A stretch of 64,000 nt of DNA from Ylistrum balloti (lineage: Eukaryota), in contig NW_026782563.1 of NCBI RefSeq assembly GCF_031769215.1, forward strand, positions 496,001 through 560,000, in the 5' to 3' direction. A program made the translations under genes and the position numbers. Shown here in pieces: positions 24,299-38,159 of this stretch (position 1 is its first letter; every line of letters begins with the position of its first letter). The notes under the pieces are model-generated. The model searched no databases. It was not told where the DNA came from and saw only the letters and a program-made list of their open reading frames with translations.

Positions 24299-27200
24299 GT
24301 TTTCTTAATGCGTTTCTGGTTCCATTAAGTGTGAAGATGACATATGTTTTGTTGCTAAGAAAAAGGTGTAACCTTCCGAAATGTGTGGGCTGTCTTTAAA
24401 ACGATGACTGATATGATGTGACTGGGAAAGTCAACGAAGTTGACGATTGTATATTAGAAAAAAAAAAGATGAAAAAAAAACAATATGGTATTCCCTGCGA
24501 AAATGAAATATGAACTTTATAAAACAGACGCTTGTCATTTGTTGGTGATAGAAATTACAAGTATGATATGATGTTTTTCATGAATTTATTAAATTGGTCA
24601 GTGAATGAACTATTTGCCCATTCTTTTGTAAACGATACATAATGAATGCATTTTTGCTTTCCTTTATGCATGGTTGAGCTTAACTACGTATTTTGGTAAT
24701 AGGTACATTACGCCCTATATCCAAATATTCGACGTGCGTGAAACTGTTTTAAAACAACAAATATCAGTAAGAAATTTTGAACTGCATGACCCTTGTTGAC
24801 TTTTATAATACAATTGGTTCTGTATTATTTCCTTGACAATACCTTAACTTTTAAACATTAATGTATTATTTCTGATGTGATTATAAATGCAGTGGAATGT
24901 TGAATCAAATTACAATAACTCGAATCCAATTTCAAAAATGTTCATTTCATGATCATATTGACCAAGTCATGTTATAACTTTCCAGCTGGATATCCAGTGC
25001 TTCATTGATACATTTTATAAAAAGAGCTTCAGTATTCATAATAAAAAACAGCAAACATGTCAACCTCTAGAAATATAATTTCATTTATAAATCTAACAAG
25101 TTATTAACTTTTAAGGACAATCAATCTTCTATTCCGCTCCTAACGTTTGCCATTTATATTTGACACTTACCAATCCTTTAATCTCGATCTATGGAAATTT
25201 AATAATATTTTGACGATATAAAAGGATAATAAAGATGTGTCTCCACATCTAGAAGCAATGGTATATAATTAAGTGGGCTGGCAAAACACGGAGAGGTGGA
25301 CATTTTCTTCCCTGTTCATAAATAACGCTGCCTCTGTACTCGTCAACCACTGGCTGCTACATAATAGAATGTCGACAATGTCCTTTTGTGTTGATAAATT
25401 CAATGTAACGATTTACAAAATAAAATCACTAATTATTGACTTATAAACTGATATTTGGCCCAAGGTGTTGTAAATTGTTATTTGTTGACGGATATTTGTG
25501 TTTAAGGCATGTGTTCAATCCTTCTACCTTCAAAACACCGCCGTGTTTATGTAAACATTAGAACTGCCAGTTACCAATTACATTTCACTGGGCATATAAA
25601 CAGGTGGTCCTTCCGTCCAAAAAGTCATATCATGATTGTGTACGTTGTTGCTGATTTGACAAATAATTACACTGTTGTCATACAAAACGAAACAGCAAGA
25701 AACCAAACCAGACATCTAAGTTACGTCACTGTGAATAGAGAAAACACACGTTGATTTAGTGATTATCTCTAGTATAAATATGCATCGTCATTTTCCCATT
25801 TCATAACCAATTTATCATTTCATGACATGATAAAGTTACACAGTCTTTAAAGAACGGTTTACCCTTTTTGACAGAACTTTTAAATTAATTTTCCAGGATA
25901 ATTCATGAATCATACGACAAACGGTGTAACCAGTTATTTTTACGGGAATATTTTCGTTAGTTTACGGTTCATTAACGTCACCATGACACATTAACCCGTG
26001 AAATAATGAGACAGGGCTGTATAAGTGTGTATGACCACATCTTCTGATCAAGAGAACGTTAATACTTTTTGTTTTTACCTTTTCTATTAAAGCGAAGGTA
26101 GGGTCTAGTAAATATGGACCTTTGACAACTAAGTTCTGAAGCAAGTTGACCAGTTTGGCTGATTAGAATTCGAGGACTTTGATACTTAGTCGCATGTTCA
26201 AAAACTGTTCTCAATTCCACGTGTTTAATATATCAAATTCAAAGTAAACAATATAAGTGAATTGAAAATGACTGTTTCATAATTTACATCTAACATATGA
26301 TTAATTTTATGAATTCATATCAATAAATGTGCATGAGACTTCAGTAAATATAAGCGCGTGTATAGCATACCAGATATAACGATTTTGGATGATCACGGCA
26401 TTCCCTGAAAGCACATTATGCTTTCTTCAAAGGTATTTTACACATTTTGATATTACAATTAAACATTGGAAAGGAAACATTCATCAAAAATTATGATGTT
26501 CATTTATTTGAAATATACCTATACAAAAAAGGGGATTTCACAGGAAGTAAGATCGTGTGCATTTATTATGAAACGTTATTCATTTATGAAACGTCACGTT
26601 TGATTTCAACTAAACAAGATGACAATGCTTGAATGTCTCTCATACCAGGGAGCGGATGTTTTACGGTTTGTTCGATACGAATATAAAACGACTACCAAGT
26701 AATGAGCACGAAAAGTACCGAAAGTACCCGTGAAGTACTTAAGGAAATCATTACATGCTTGCAAAATACATGATAGTTAAAGATTTTTTGTAACATGTTG
26801 TATCTGTGTTGACAGAAGACGAAAATGACAATCACCTTTTAATCTTTTGATAGGAAAATATATAATGCTAGTCCATATGTATTTGTCCTGGAAGAATATT
26901 CTTTTGTAGCTACGGGGTCACAGATGTAAGAAAGGGGATCGTAATCGAACGCACGCGACCTGTGTCAATCTATCATGTCGCTTCAAAGTTGTAAAAGTCA
27001 CGAATTTCTCACTGATATTGTAAAATTTAGAGTTACGATATGTTACCGTATCGATTATAGCATTCCTGTGTTAAATACTTGACAAAATCACGTGCAGATG
27101 TCAATCTTATTTAAAGTGCAGTGGAAATTATGTAATCATCATCCACAGACCATTTTTCTTCCTTCCTGTGCTTTGTATGGTTTAAATGAACAGACAACTA

Positions 27201-28009
27201 CTTCTGATTTACGATCTTATCTAAGGAAGAAACCCGTAACTGAGTAACCTGTTATATCGAGCGAAAACACTCGAGGACGTTCGGTGTATAACAAATTGGT
27301 ATGGACACTCCTATGATTTACGGGACATTGAACATATGCTCAGAAATAAAAGCTTTCTTTCAAAATCCATGTATCTACCTTCTTGTCATTAAAGCCCGTT
27401 TTCGTCTGTCCAGGAAAAATGAATGTCTTTCGTCTTTGCCAATGTCAAATGATTTCAGAACCTTTCTCTTCCTTTTGTATATCATTGAATAAAATAAATC
27501 AATTTTGCATGAACAATTTGATTTGATCAAATCATTATGAGAAATAATTTTATTGAAAGTATCATGAACCAACAGATATTTATCATTATTGTTTTCTTAT
27601 TTCATTGACCAATGAACTGAGCGAGCATATGAAAACGTCCATTGTTTTGAAAGCAAATTCTACTCTGTAAAGTAGATAATTGAATTTGCCTCTATGTCTT
27701 CATAAACCTTGTTTTGTTCATATACAAGTAGCAGCATTTGTCATTTATTATTCTATTGTTTAATATTATATTTATACGGAAGGTAACGTTAGTATCTTTT
27801 ATAATCTTCTGACTTTAAAGAAATCGAACACGGGCATAGAAGTCAAAATTAAATATAAATAAGCAATCAATCAGACACTAAAAATGCACATATCTATTTC
27901 GAATTAAGAAGAAGAAATAGTTGTTTCCAAATGACGAATAAATCTGCATTAAACGGATATTTTGTCATTTAAAGCATGTTCATGATTTTGATTTGTTTTT
28001 CATTTTCCC

Positions 28010-28330
28010 TCATTATAAGATATCAATGATTTAAAAGTTGGGCCCATTTATGGATAAATACAAGTGCTACCTGGTGCACAATTACATTAAGAAAATACCA
28101 ACAAGTCAACATAATCATAATCCAAAGATTCAATAAAACTATGGCAAAATAGCAACATAAGAAACTCTTGCAAAAGTGCAAGGGAAATAAGAACAGGTGT
28201 TCTGGAAGAGAAAGCGTCTTCATCATGGACCACATCCGCTAGGTAAATCGTGTTCAATCCAAGTAAGTAATGTTCAGTTGAGAACAAGGTATACAACAAT
28301 GAAACGAACAATTCAAGCTAATGAGCATTA
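28010..28330 (-). mobile_element. 3'-end remnant of the Penelope-like element family
   Basis: Reverse complement gtttcattgttgtataccttgttctca...gatgaagacgctttctcttccagaacacctgttcttatttc aligns to 33132-33270. Confidence 0.65.
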
Positions 28331-30447
28331 AACACGTCTAGCATCTTATCGCACAAAAAAATACAATACTTCTCAGTCACTATCATGACCGTAAAACTGA
28401 TTTTCATCAAAATCCTATATTGTGGACGATCTGGGCAGATATGTTTACATATTTTTTACAAAACGTTTAATGATTCAGAATTAAGCATAAAAAAGAAACA
28501 AGAAATATTACCCATCGCGCTGGAGACTTGGAAATATCGGGAGACAAGAAACATTTTTATTCAAATGAACGTCTGAAAAAGATAGTATTTCATGATGTTT
28601 CATCACACTATGGTGATAACACTAACAGGTGATATACGGAGAAAAGGGTATTATCTTACCTGATTATTGTTCGTTTTTTTCAATTGCGTAGGAGTAGAAT
28701 ACGTTTGTATAGCTGACGGCAGAAAACATCTGTTTTGCTATTTCATATACCTATAAACATATGATATCCTTAAAATTTAGGAGGATTGCGCTCAATCACG
28801 TAAATGAGCTTGTTTTTGTATTTCGATTTTTTTAAAATTTTCTTTTTTTCTAAACTATTGAAATCAGTACATTAACATTATCATGACTGATGCTTTTTCT
28901 TTGTGTGTAAGAGTATCTATCTAAGATAGTGGAATGCTAGAATATTTTTTCAAACGTAACGCTTTTAAGATTGCGATAAACTAAAATACACTCTAAAACG
29001 TTAGGGATGATCCTTTTAAATTGTGAAAAGCTGAAATACTTCAGCAAGTGTAAGTGTACTCCTTAAAGTTTATGCCAAGCTAGACTATTTTATCGAAAGT
29101 ATCGTTGTTCCTTGTACTCTCTTTAAACTTAAGGGTTATCCTTTAAGTTTGCAACAATCTAAGATATTTCCTACTGCGTAGAAATATTCCTTAAACTTCA
29201 GATAATGTAGAATGTTTCTTCCAACGAAGTGTATTCCCGTAAGTGTGACTTAAACCTTGTAAGGACAGTTTATGACATACCGCAGTAACAAGGTTGATGT
29301 TATGAACCCGATGTCTACTGAAGTCGATAAAGTAATAATGTTTTGTATAAATCTAGAGTCGATAACTTAATTCAACTTTAATTATTTAACACTGTCGGTG
29401 GGAATAAATAATTTATGCAATAGAACAGCGCCCCTATCTGTAACAGAAACCCTGATATTTGAATGTATTCTCAAACCGTGATGATACGGCGGCCAAGTAA
29501 TCGCGTCAGTAAGACGCTTGTTTAATCACTGAAGCGTTTGAATTGAATGTACAATGTACTGTATGGCAGTTTTCAGCAAAGTAGTATTGGCTACTGTATT
29601 GGCTACTGTTGACAGGAAACGCTGTGTATTTAAAAATGGTTGACATAAATCAGAAAATTACTTTTAAGATTGAAAAAAATCACCTGTATATTGATAAATT
29701 AATAAACATACATCATATGACACTCATCACTGAATCACTGCTGTTTGTATAGAGATTGACAAATACGGTCACGTTTTCATTACAGTGATAGCGCCCGAGC
29801 AGTTATGCGGATGTGAAATTTATTGATAGAGAGGCCAAACGTTATAGAAAGTTGTAACAAACTATTCATATGTTGCGCTTTGCACGGATGATCCCAGACC
29901 ATTTCAGAACGTCCTCAGGTAACCTTTATACAGGTAGATCCAGTCTATTTTGTAAAAGTCTCTTCACGTGGATCGCACTCTTTGCCTTTGGTCGGATTTC
30001 AAAAGGAAAATTAGTTAAATAAACTTTCGTTTATTAAGTAGAGAGATTTATGACTATGTTTTGATGCACTATGATGGGAATAATTTATTATGTGTGCTGT
30101 AATTTTTTTTGCTACTACTGGGGATTGTGGTGGCGGTGGTGGTGGGAGGGGGTGTCTTACAATCTGATATGTCTTTAGCAGGAAACCAGAAAAAATACTA
30201 TTTTCACTCCAATATTAAGTTGGTAGGAACTTAAACAATACGAGTTCCATTTCAATTTCCTCAAATCTGACCCCTGTCAGACGAGTCTACGTAAACTCTG
30301 ACCATTTGATTAACATACTATATGCTGCAGACCTTAAAGTGTCTTCCTTCCAAAATATTATCACTATCCCAGATTGACCCTAAGTATCACCTATCCTTTC
30401 TTTTATTGAGGAATGCTAACTTTATCATTTAGCAATATCTGCATTGG

Positions 30448-30700
30448 TACTGTAAATCAGTTAAGTTTTGCGAATACTTGATTTCGCGATCTACAAAAGA
30501 CTTTTAATTCGATGATAATTTTTGAACTTTTAGAGACATGGACTCTTTAAGACTCCGATATCGGTGTTAGAATAAACGTGGATGCCATTCAGAGTTATCT
30601 GACATATAGTCGCCAGGAATTTGAACTCGCAATTGACTCCTCTCGCGTATTAGCACGAAAAAGAATCCCATTCTGCGCGAAATTGAAGTGATTTACATAA
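30448..30700. mobile_element. Decayed MITE / non-autonomous DNA transposon with ~25-bp imperfect TIRs
   Basis: Left end TA-CTGTAAATCAGTTAAGTTTTGCG; the reverse complement of the right end is TGTAAATCACTTCAATTTCGCG. Confidence 0.55.
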
Positions 30701-31968
30701 GTATGACGATATGAAACTGTTATGGAATGATAATAGTTGATAAAATAATATAACCTGCCCTAAAATCCATGTCCATGTTTTTATACATGATCAATGCAAA
30801 ATTCCTAATCGCAATATCCTGAGGATCGCCATTATATGTTATCATAGCGATATGTAGTAGTGACATGCACAACCCTGTGATTTAGATACCATACATGCCA
30901 TATCGACATCTAAACAAATACTGATTAAAATACAAAATTGATTAAACAACGGCAAAAAATATATTTTGGAAAGAACGAGGATGATGAAGACGACTTCGGC
31001 ATATAAATCTAGGTCAATCCAGATGGTGCAACGCTCTCAACGGAAACCTGAACTATAAAGACTCATTCTTTCTTAGACTTGGGACTGAGAAGATCAGTAT
31101 TTTCACAATATGTAAATTATAGGATAAGCAGAAATTTTTGGGTTATGAATTAAATGTAAAATGTCCGGCATTACAATGATAAAACTCCGAATAATTCAAC
31201 AGAAATTTTGATAACAATATTAGTATACATGTCATGCAATATCATGGAATATTTTCTTCGTGTTGTTAATATTGAATAGAAGTTCTTATACCGCACCAGT
31301 GAAATGTTTTCCTGCTTTTGTTGTAAGAATTAAGATTCTTATGATGTCATACGAATTGAAATTATACGAAAATATGATCAAACAGAATGTCAGGTACAGA
31401 CTGTTTTCACCGTGATAATGTTGACATTAATTCCTTAAAACACAGCTATTTATTCTTTGCAGATATATGGAATTTGTTTTTACACATAATTAAACTAATA
31501 GACCTTGAAAGAAGGCCTGCAAGTTCACAGAGTCTTTTGATAAGTGTGACCTAATATGTCGAACTGTTATGCGGGCTGATAAACTCGTCTCACCCACGTC
31601 GTACATTTTGACGGCTGCGTCTGTGTGGTATTATATTAACAGACATGCTGAAGCATAATTGTCTTGCACCTATGGTGAATATATCATATGAATAGCATCT
31701 TTTGTTGATGTTAATTACTAACATCTCGGAAGATTAAGTAATTATCTTACTGATGGCATGTCGATAACCTTTGACCTGAGACCAAGGCTAGATTGAGAGC
31801 GGGATTACATGTAACTTATACCTGATGGTAACAAATGTATCGGTCATCTGTGTATCGCCAAGCTTAAAGTAAACGCTTTCTCAAGATTCATCAAGTACGT
31901 GAGAACTTACATGAAGTTAAATCGAGACATCACATATCGAGTTATATCAAGAGAATTAAATAAATACT

Positions 31969-32165
31969 ACATACCACGTTAAGTAACGAATTACAAATAT
32001 TACATAACGGGTTAAATAACAAGTTATCAATATTACATAACGGGTTAAATAACAAGTTATCAATATTACATAACGGGTTAAATAACAAGTTATCAATATT
32101 ACATAACAAGTTAGATAACGAGTTATAAATATAGGATAATGAGTTAAATAACATGTTATGATATC
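31969..32165. repeat. 33-bp tandem repeat (ACATAACGGGTTAAATAACAAGTTATCAATATT), 3 perfect plus ~3 degenerate copies
   Basis: Units start at 31969, 32002, 32035, 32068 and 32101; 11-aa periodicity in the ORF track. Confidence 0.9.
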
Positions 32166-32504
32166 ATTTATACTATGTTCCATTATTGCTTATGAATATT
32201 GCATACTGTGTTATATTAAGAGTTATAAATAGAGCATATTGAGTTATACAAAGAGTTATAAAAAGAACAAACTCGGTACATCATCAGCCATGAACTGCAT
32301 TCAATCTGAACAGGGACATTAAGCTGACAAATTTTTCGACTACAATTGTAGTTTGTTTACGCATAGCTAGATCAATAAACTGTTTCTATTGGTGTATGAT
32401 ATGAAACGCTAATCTAACATCTCATTTAGAATTTATAGATTGAATTAATGAATAAATCGAAGGTCCTCAACTTAGCCTTAAAGATGACAAATGAATAAAG
32501 ATGA

Positions 32505-33400
32505 AAAAATGTCCGGTTGACAATTTGGCAGTAAGATCATTGGGATACCTATGGAAACTTTTCTCGTCTACTGACTGACAAGTCTTTGTTTTCATATGAA
32601 GCTTAATTTTTCGAAGAACTTATCAAAACAGGCCATAAATACCTTGCAAAGTCATTAAATTTCACTTGTGGATATAATACTGACGTCTCGTCCTTAAATG
32701 TTTAGATATCTATTAACCACGTCCATTATATATTGCAAATTGGAAATCAAGAACACGATAGACTCTTCTATATCCCACGCTTATCTCGATTTTGTCCTCC
32801 AACTATGAAACTTTCAACGAAATCATACGATAAGCGTGATAATTTCACTTATCCTTCTTTTTCTTTTGTGGACAGCAACATCCCCTGTCTACGGTGTTTA
32901 CAAGTCGCAGTTGATTTGATATTCAAGAGCCTGTTTCCAATATCATGTTTATCGTGCCAGAAGTCGTCAATTGACAAAAAACACATAACACAGGGTTGAT
33001 ACAGGTTGATGAAAATTAAGGGGAAGTTTTACGGTCGTCATACTGATCTCCATGATGATCTCATTAGGAAATATTCTTCCCTTTTATGCGACATGACGTC
33101 GGGGGTGTTTGATGTTAGTTAGTTCACCTGTTGGTTTCATTGTTGTTTACCGTGTTCTCATTTGAGAAAATGGAATTACTTTTGAAAAGACCAAGATTTA
33201 CATTGTTGGTGTGGTCGGTGAAGCTGAAGACTCTTACTCTTCCGGAACATTTGGTCTTATTCTCCATGTACTTGTTTCTACGTATATCTTTCTTTCGTGA
33301 ACATTTTGAATGATCAAACATTGATATCTTTAAAGTATGAAATACGAACGCAAATTGACTGTATCGCTGTATAATTTTATATCGGAATATAATGCACACC
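32505..33400 (+). mobile_element. Decayed Penelope-like element (PLE) reverse transcriptase, 3' part, probably Naiad-type
   Basis: QFGSKIIGIPMET...FSYEA*FFEELIKTGHKYLAKSLNFT...KLSTKSYDKRDNF...FSFVDSNIP...KFYGRHTDL match PLE RT core/thumb motifs (GIPMGT, LYDKRDDF, FYGRH). No C-terminal GIY-YIG follows. Confidence 0.8.
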
Positions 33401-34569
33401 TGTTCATTGTTTCTGCTGACCTTAAACTATCAAATTGTATCATTTAACGTTATGATGATAAGGCAGTGAGTATGTATCTGTTTGTATACTATCTTCCGTC
33501 ATGAGTCGATTTACTCCATGTGACAGATGGACAATATGTAAACGACATACGTTGAATCTATTTGCATTGGCAACCTGATAATATGAAGGTGATATTTCCT
33601 TTTGTCTTCATAATGTCCTTTTCTGGTTTGAACTTCTTATATTTCATTTTGATCATTTCTGGAGGTTGTTTTTCTTATGTACTCATCAAAATGAAATTAG
33701 ATATGCAAATTAAATACATCCATACATTCTACACCTAAATAAATAGCAATTACCTTATCACCTTTCTTTGTGCATGTTATGATGTTTTCAGGGAGTTATC
33801 TTTGTTCAAGTAGTTGCTACATACATTTGGCAAGCACAGCTGGGCTGCATTTACCTTGGATTACGTAACTTTCTCATCGTTTTATGTAACTAAAACTCCT
33901 ACCATGAAATTACCTTGCAAATATCACGTGTGGATTTCTGTAGCATTTCCTTGTAACAATTTCTCCCTGCCTCACAGCTGTTATAGACATGTGACGTCAC
34001 TGGACACTCTACGGATGTCATGTGATACAATGGACACCTTCTTGACCCCGGATGGCTTAGTAACAGAGTAAATCTAGACGCTTACTACCTTTATTTACCT
34101 GTCGTATATGTTACAATTACCTAATCCTTCCTTATTCAGACGTAGCGGATTCGATCCTCATTAACCTTGGAGGACGTCCCGAGTGTCCTAATTAACTGCC
34201 GGACGATACTATGCACATAATACTCCCAGCAGCGGTAGGAGATCACGGAAAATGTTTGGTCAACTTAATGTGGTTTGAAGGAAAATGTTGATTATTTGAT
34301 ACCTGCTAGACTACATTAAAATGTACTACTTTTCGGTATGGCAAAGGAATATAATGGAAATAGAATAAACATTTTCAAGTTGATTTTATTTTCCTAGATA
34401 CAGGTAACGAGAAATATCGTAAGCATTTGAATTAATATCCCAACAAGGTAAAGCTGACAGCGCCAATAGAATTAGGAATACATCAACTAGAACGTCTTTT
34501 CAGTTTGGATTTGTTTGGTATAGAATTGCTAAGTAGCTAGACCTGTTGCAGTATCTTTTTCCTTTTTAA

Positions 34570-36141
34570 AAATTTATATTTTGACATGGTCCTCGACTGT
34601 TTTAACAAATGGCGCCGTCTTTTGTTTGAGTAAGGGCTTGTCGGCAGCGTTTTGGGATCATCTGTTTCCTTTCACCAGTAAGGTTGTTTGTCCAACACTT
34701 CAGCTCACGGAGCTCTACTTCTTGTACATTAGGAAAGAATACATGTGACCGCAACTAAAAACTCTTGATGCCCACACCCTGTTCCACAAAGTTTCGAATT
34801 GAGCTTCCTTATTTCAAGCCTTCATCCATGTATTGGTATATCATATGAGACTTGTATACCGTCACAAAGACTTCTTCATCTACTTGGTGTTCAGCTGACG
34901 TTCTAACGTCCACTACTCCGATATCAAATTTAGCTGTAATAAACCATTAGCACTGTTTACCACCTGTGATAATAGAAAAAAAGTAATTACGTAATAAGTT
35001 TGACGAAAAAGAAGAGGAATATTGCTTAATTCTAGTTACATTGCTGATAAAATAGGGCTTAAACTTCTCCCACGTAATCATAGTTGGTATCTATGAAAAC
35101 ATACTGGGGCGTTTCATAAGAAATATAATTATGTATTAATTAGGAACTTGTCTGTGGATCTTTAATTACATGTCTCAATTATGATGATATTTTAAGATAC
35201 CTATTGGCATATGTCAAGAAACAGGAAAGTAGAAATTCATAGCACATGTTAACATTGTATTAAAGATAATAATTCTGGTTTATATTGACTGTTTCTTCTG
35301 ATAATACATTTTTATGTCGTTTTCACAATCTGTTAAAATTCTAGCTATAAATTTAGTAATATTTTTTTAAAGGAAAGGCAAAATACAATGTTTGATTTGT
35401 GATTTCATAATATGTGATATAAATATTTTTTCGGTTTGGTATTGTTATATATTAGCACTAAACATATTGATTGATATATCCTTATAAAAAAACACTTCGA
35501 GATTAAATTTTCTGTTATCCTTCACGTCCTTTTTGCTGCCTGGCTGCTATTGAGAGCTAATTGGACAAACGTTGTAAGTAGGTTAAAATCATGATGATAT
35601 TAAATGAAAAATAAAAAGATAAAATAACATAATACATTACTTGTATTGGATCGGATATGCTTGATGGGGAAAAGTTTGTATTTGCCGTTAAGTTTCTCAA
35701 AATAATGTTAACAATTGAACACTTATTTATAAAATAGTGCTATTGAAATTAATTTTGTTGTTGGTCAAATGGAAGGTATTCATTTAATATTTATAGCAAC
35801 TGTAATGAAATACTTAATGCATCTATTACATTTGAATTGAAACAGGGGTTAAAACTTGTAACTCTTAAAGCTTACCGGAAGTGCATGACCTCAAATTCTC
35901 TTACAGATCTTTTCTGACAGATTTTCTCGTTATTCTGTTTATAAGGCGGGTCTGGATGAGGAAGGTATTCTACCTGACCTGACTTACCTCCACAGGGGAT
36001 ATCTCAACCGACACAAATCATGACCTCGTATTGAGGTTTAGTGAACTGATACTCGTACATTCGTTTGATCAGAACCGCTTAACATTGCTGTTGAACTGGT
36101 TGCTCTTGAGAAAGGCAGTTTGGGTTTATGAGATTATCCCA
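34570..36141 (-). pseudogene. Decayed two-exon gene fragment with an intact GT-AG intron (exons ~36141-35988 and 34963-~34570)
   Basis: Donor GAG|GTAAGT (35988/35987) and acceptor tttttctattatcacAG| (34964/34963) join in frame: ...YEVMICVG*DIPCG-G-GKQC*WFITAKFDIGVVDVRTSAEHQVDEEVFVTVYKSHMIYQYMDEGLK*... The second exon is ~130 codons with 4 stops. Confidence 0.55.
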
Positions 36142-37373
36142 CTGACAAAGAAAACTATAATGTTGTCAATCTCCTGCTGATTTGCCAAGTCGCTTCTTTT
36201 TTATCCAGTAACTTTTCCTTTTCATCAGCTTCATAGTTCCAAAATAGTTGTTTTCTCATAAAGTAAGGCGTGCTTAAGGAAAGCTTCTTAACTTAATTGA
36301 TAAAAAGTTATTAAGTTATTATTCTATAAACAGGAGCCATAATAATTTAAGACTTTCTTTTTCAAAGTATTTAAAGATATGGCGCCTGAATATTAAGAAA
36401 AAGTAATTGTATTTTCTTAATATTTTGATATGATAAACGAAATAAAAATATGAAATTTATCATGTGTAGCCATGCAGAATTTATTCCGAAAATTTGACAC
36501 TAAAATGAAAGATTTATGAGCAGTCTTGTGTTACTGTACAACATTTCTATGAGATATATTACATTTCATATACGTAGGAGATCTATGTAGAAATGATGTG
36601 TGTTTGTATCTAGTCATGGCCGTCTATATTTTCTCATGTTTCCCGGACATAAACCGAGACAAATAAAACCCTGCCTGCCTTTGAACAAGCTTTGATACAT
36701 ACACCGTAGGCAACCACATGCTATGTTATAGACATCGGAGTATACAAGGATTTGTTACTTTTAACTCTATATTCAGACATTAAAACTACAGGCAAAGTAG
36801 TAAAAAAAGACGTTGTCTATTCGTATCCTGGATGATTTAAACAGTCGTAAACTTGGACAAGATATTTATCCTAATATTTATTTAGCATGATTCAGTCGTC
36901 AATGACGAGGCAAAATATATTTCACTTCAAACTTTAAAGTTTATTTTATAACGTATGTTGCAGTGTAACAAATGGTTTATCATAATATTAATTATTAAAA
37001 TATTAATGTTATCAATAATTAATTAGCACATCTTTCTTTCTCTGCATTTACGGTTTATACAATCCTCATGGCATCCTAAGAATAGGACAGATAACCAAAC
37101 GTCTTTTTGTTGTATTTTATCGTAATGTATCTTGTCTTGGCAAAATGTCAAATCGCCTTAAACATCCAACAAATATTTCTTACCAGGATTATCTTTATCG
37201 TTTTGCTGCTCACATGTCTTTCTGTGTAATCTGTTTCTTATCGTAAAATCGGTTTGTTTATATATTTTAATGCCCGCATTGAAAACAAATCTTTTCCTTG
37301 CATATTTGACATTTTACATCTTCAAAACCTTTGAATCAACAAGCACTAATGTATATGATAACTTATATCTGTC

Positions 37374-37374
<1 letters not shown>

Positions 37375-37440
<66 letters not shown>
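37375..37440. repeat. (AC)33 microsatellite
   Basis: Perfect dinucleotide run of 66 bp. Confidence 0.98.
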
Positions 37441-37448
<8 letters not shown>

Positions 37449-38159
37449 CCTTGTTCAATGTAGTTATACGGTATGATATTTGTCATCATATCAGTCTGTA
37501 TATATACATTGATATTCAGACATTAACAACGTCAAATTAACGTTTAGACCAAGTAACACTATATACTGAAAAAATCACCCTTGTCGGCTATGAACGATGA
37601 GGGCAAATATAAGAATATAACCCTGTGATAAATTCCGCAGAGCGTGATATTCATTCTTCTATAATGATAGAAGGACGAAAATAACCTAAGGAGAAAGCAT
37701 CTATAAAACAGTATGTAATTAATACAAGAAAATACCCTTTTTAATGGAGGAATACCATGATGGTGTTATTGCACGGTACTTCTTGTAGATAACTTTTGGT
37801 AGCGTCTTTTGCTCGACTATCGATGGTGATTTTCAATCCACATATATATTCGTGAATTATTCTTATTGATGACATGTCATTTGCGATGCTTATGATTGGT
37901 TGACATGACTTAAACATAATTTGTGGTTAGATAAAAGATTTCACCGATACATTCAACTGGGTACGAAACAACAATACCTATGATTGACTGACTTTATTTC
38001 ATCCATGCTGAAAGGAGACAAGAAATTTAGAACAATCTTCAACACCCTTTCCTAGAAAACATTTCTTCTGTAAGAACATTTGATTAGTACACTCTTTACA
38101 CAAATATACCATATTCTAAACTATAAGAACGTCTTTGTTCTCTTGTTATGAGAGCTTTC

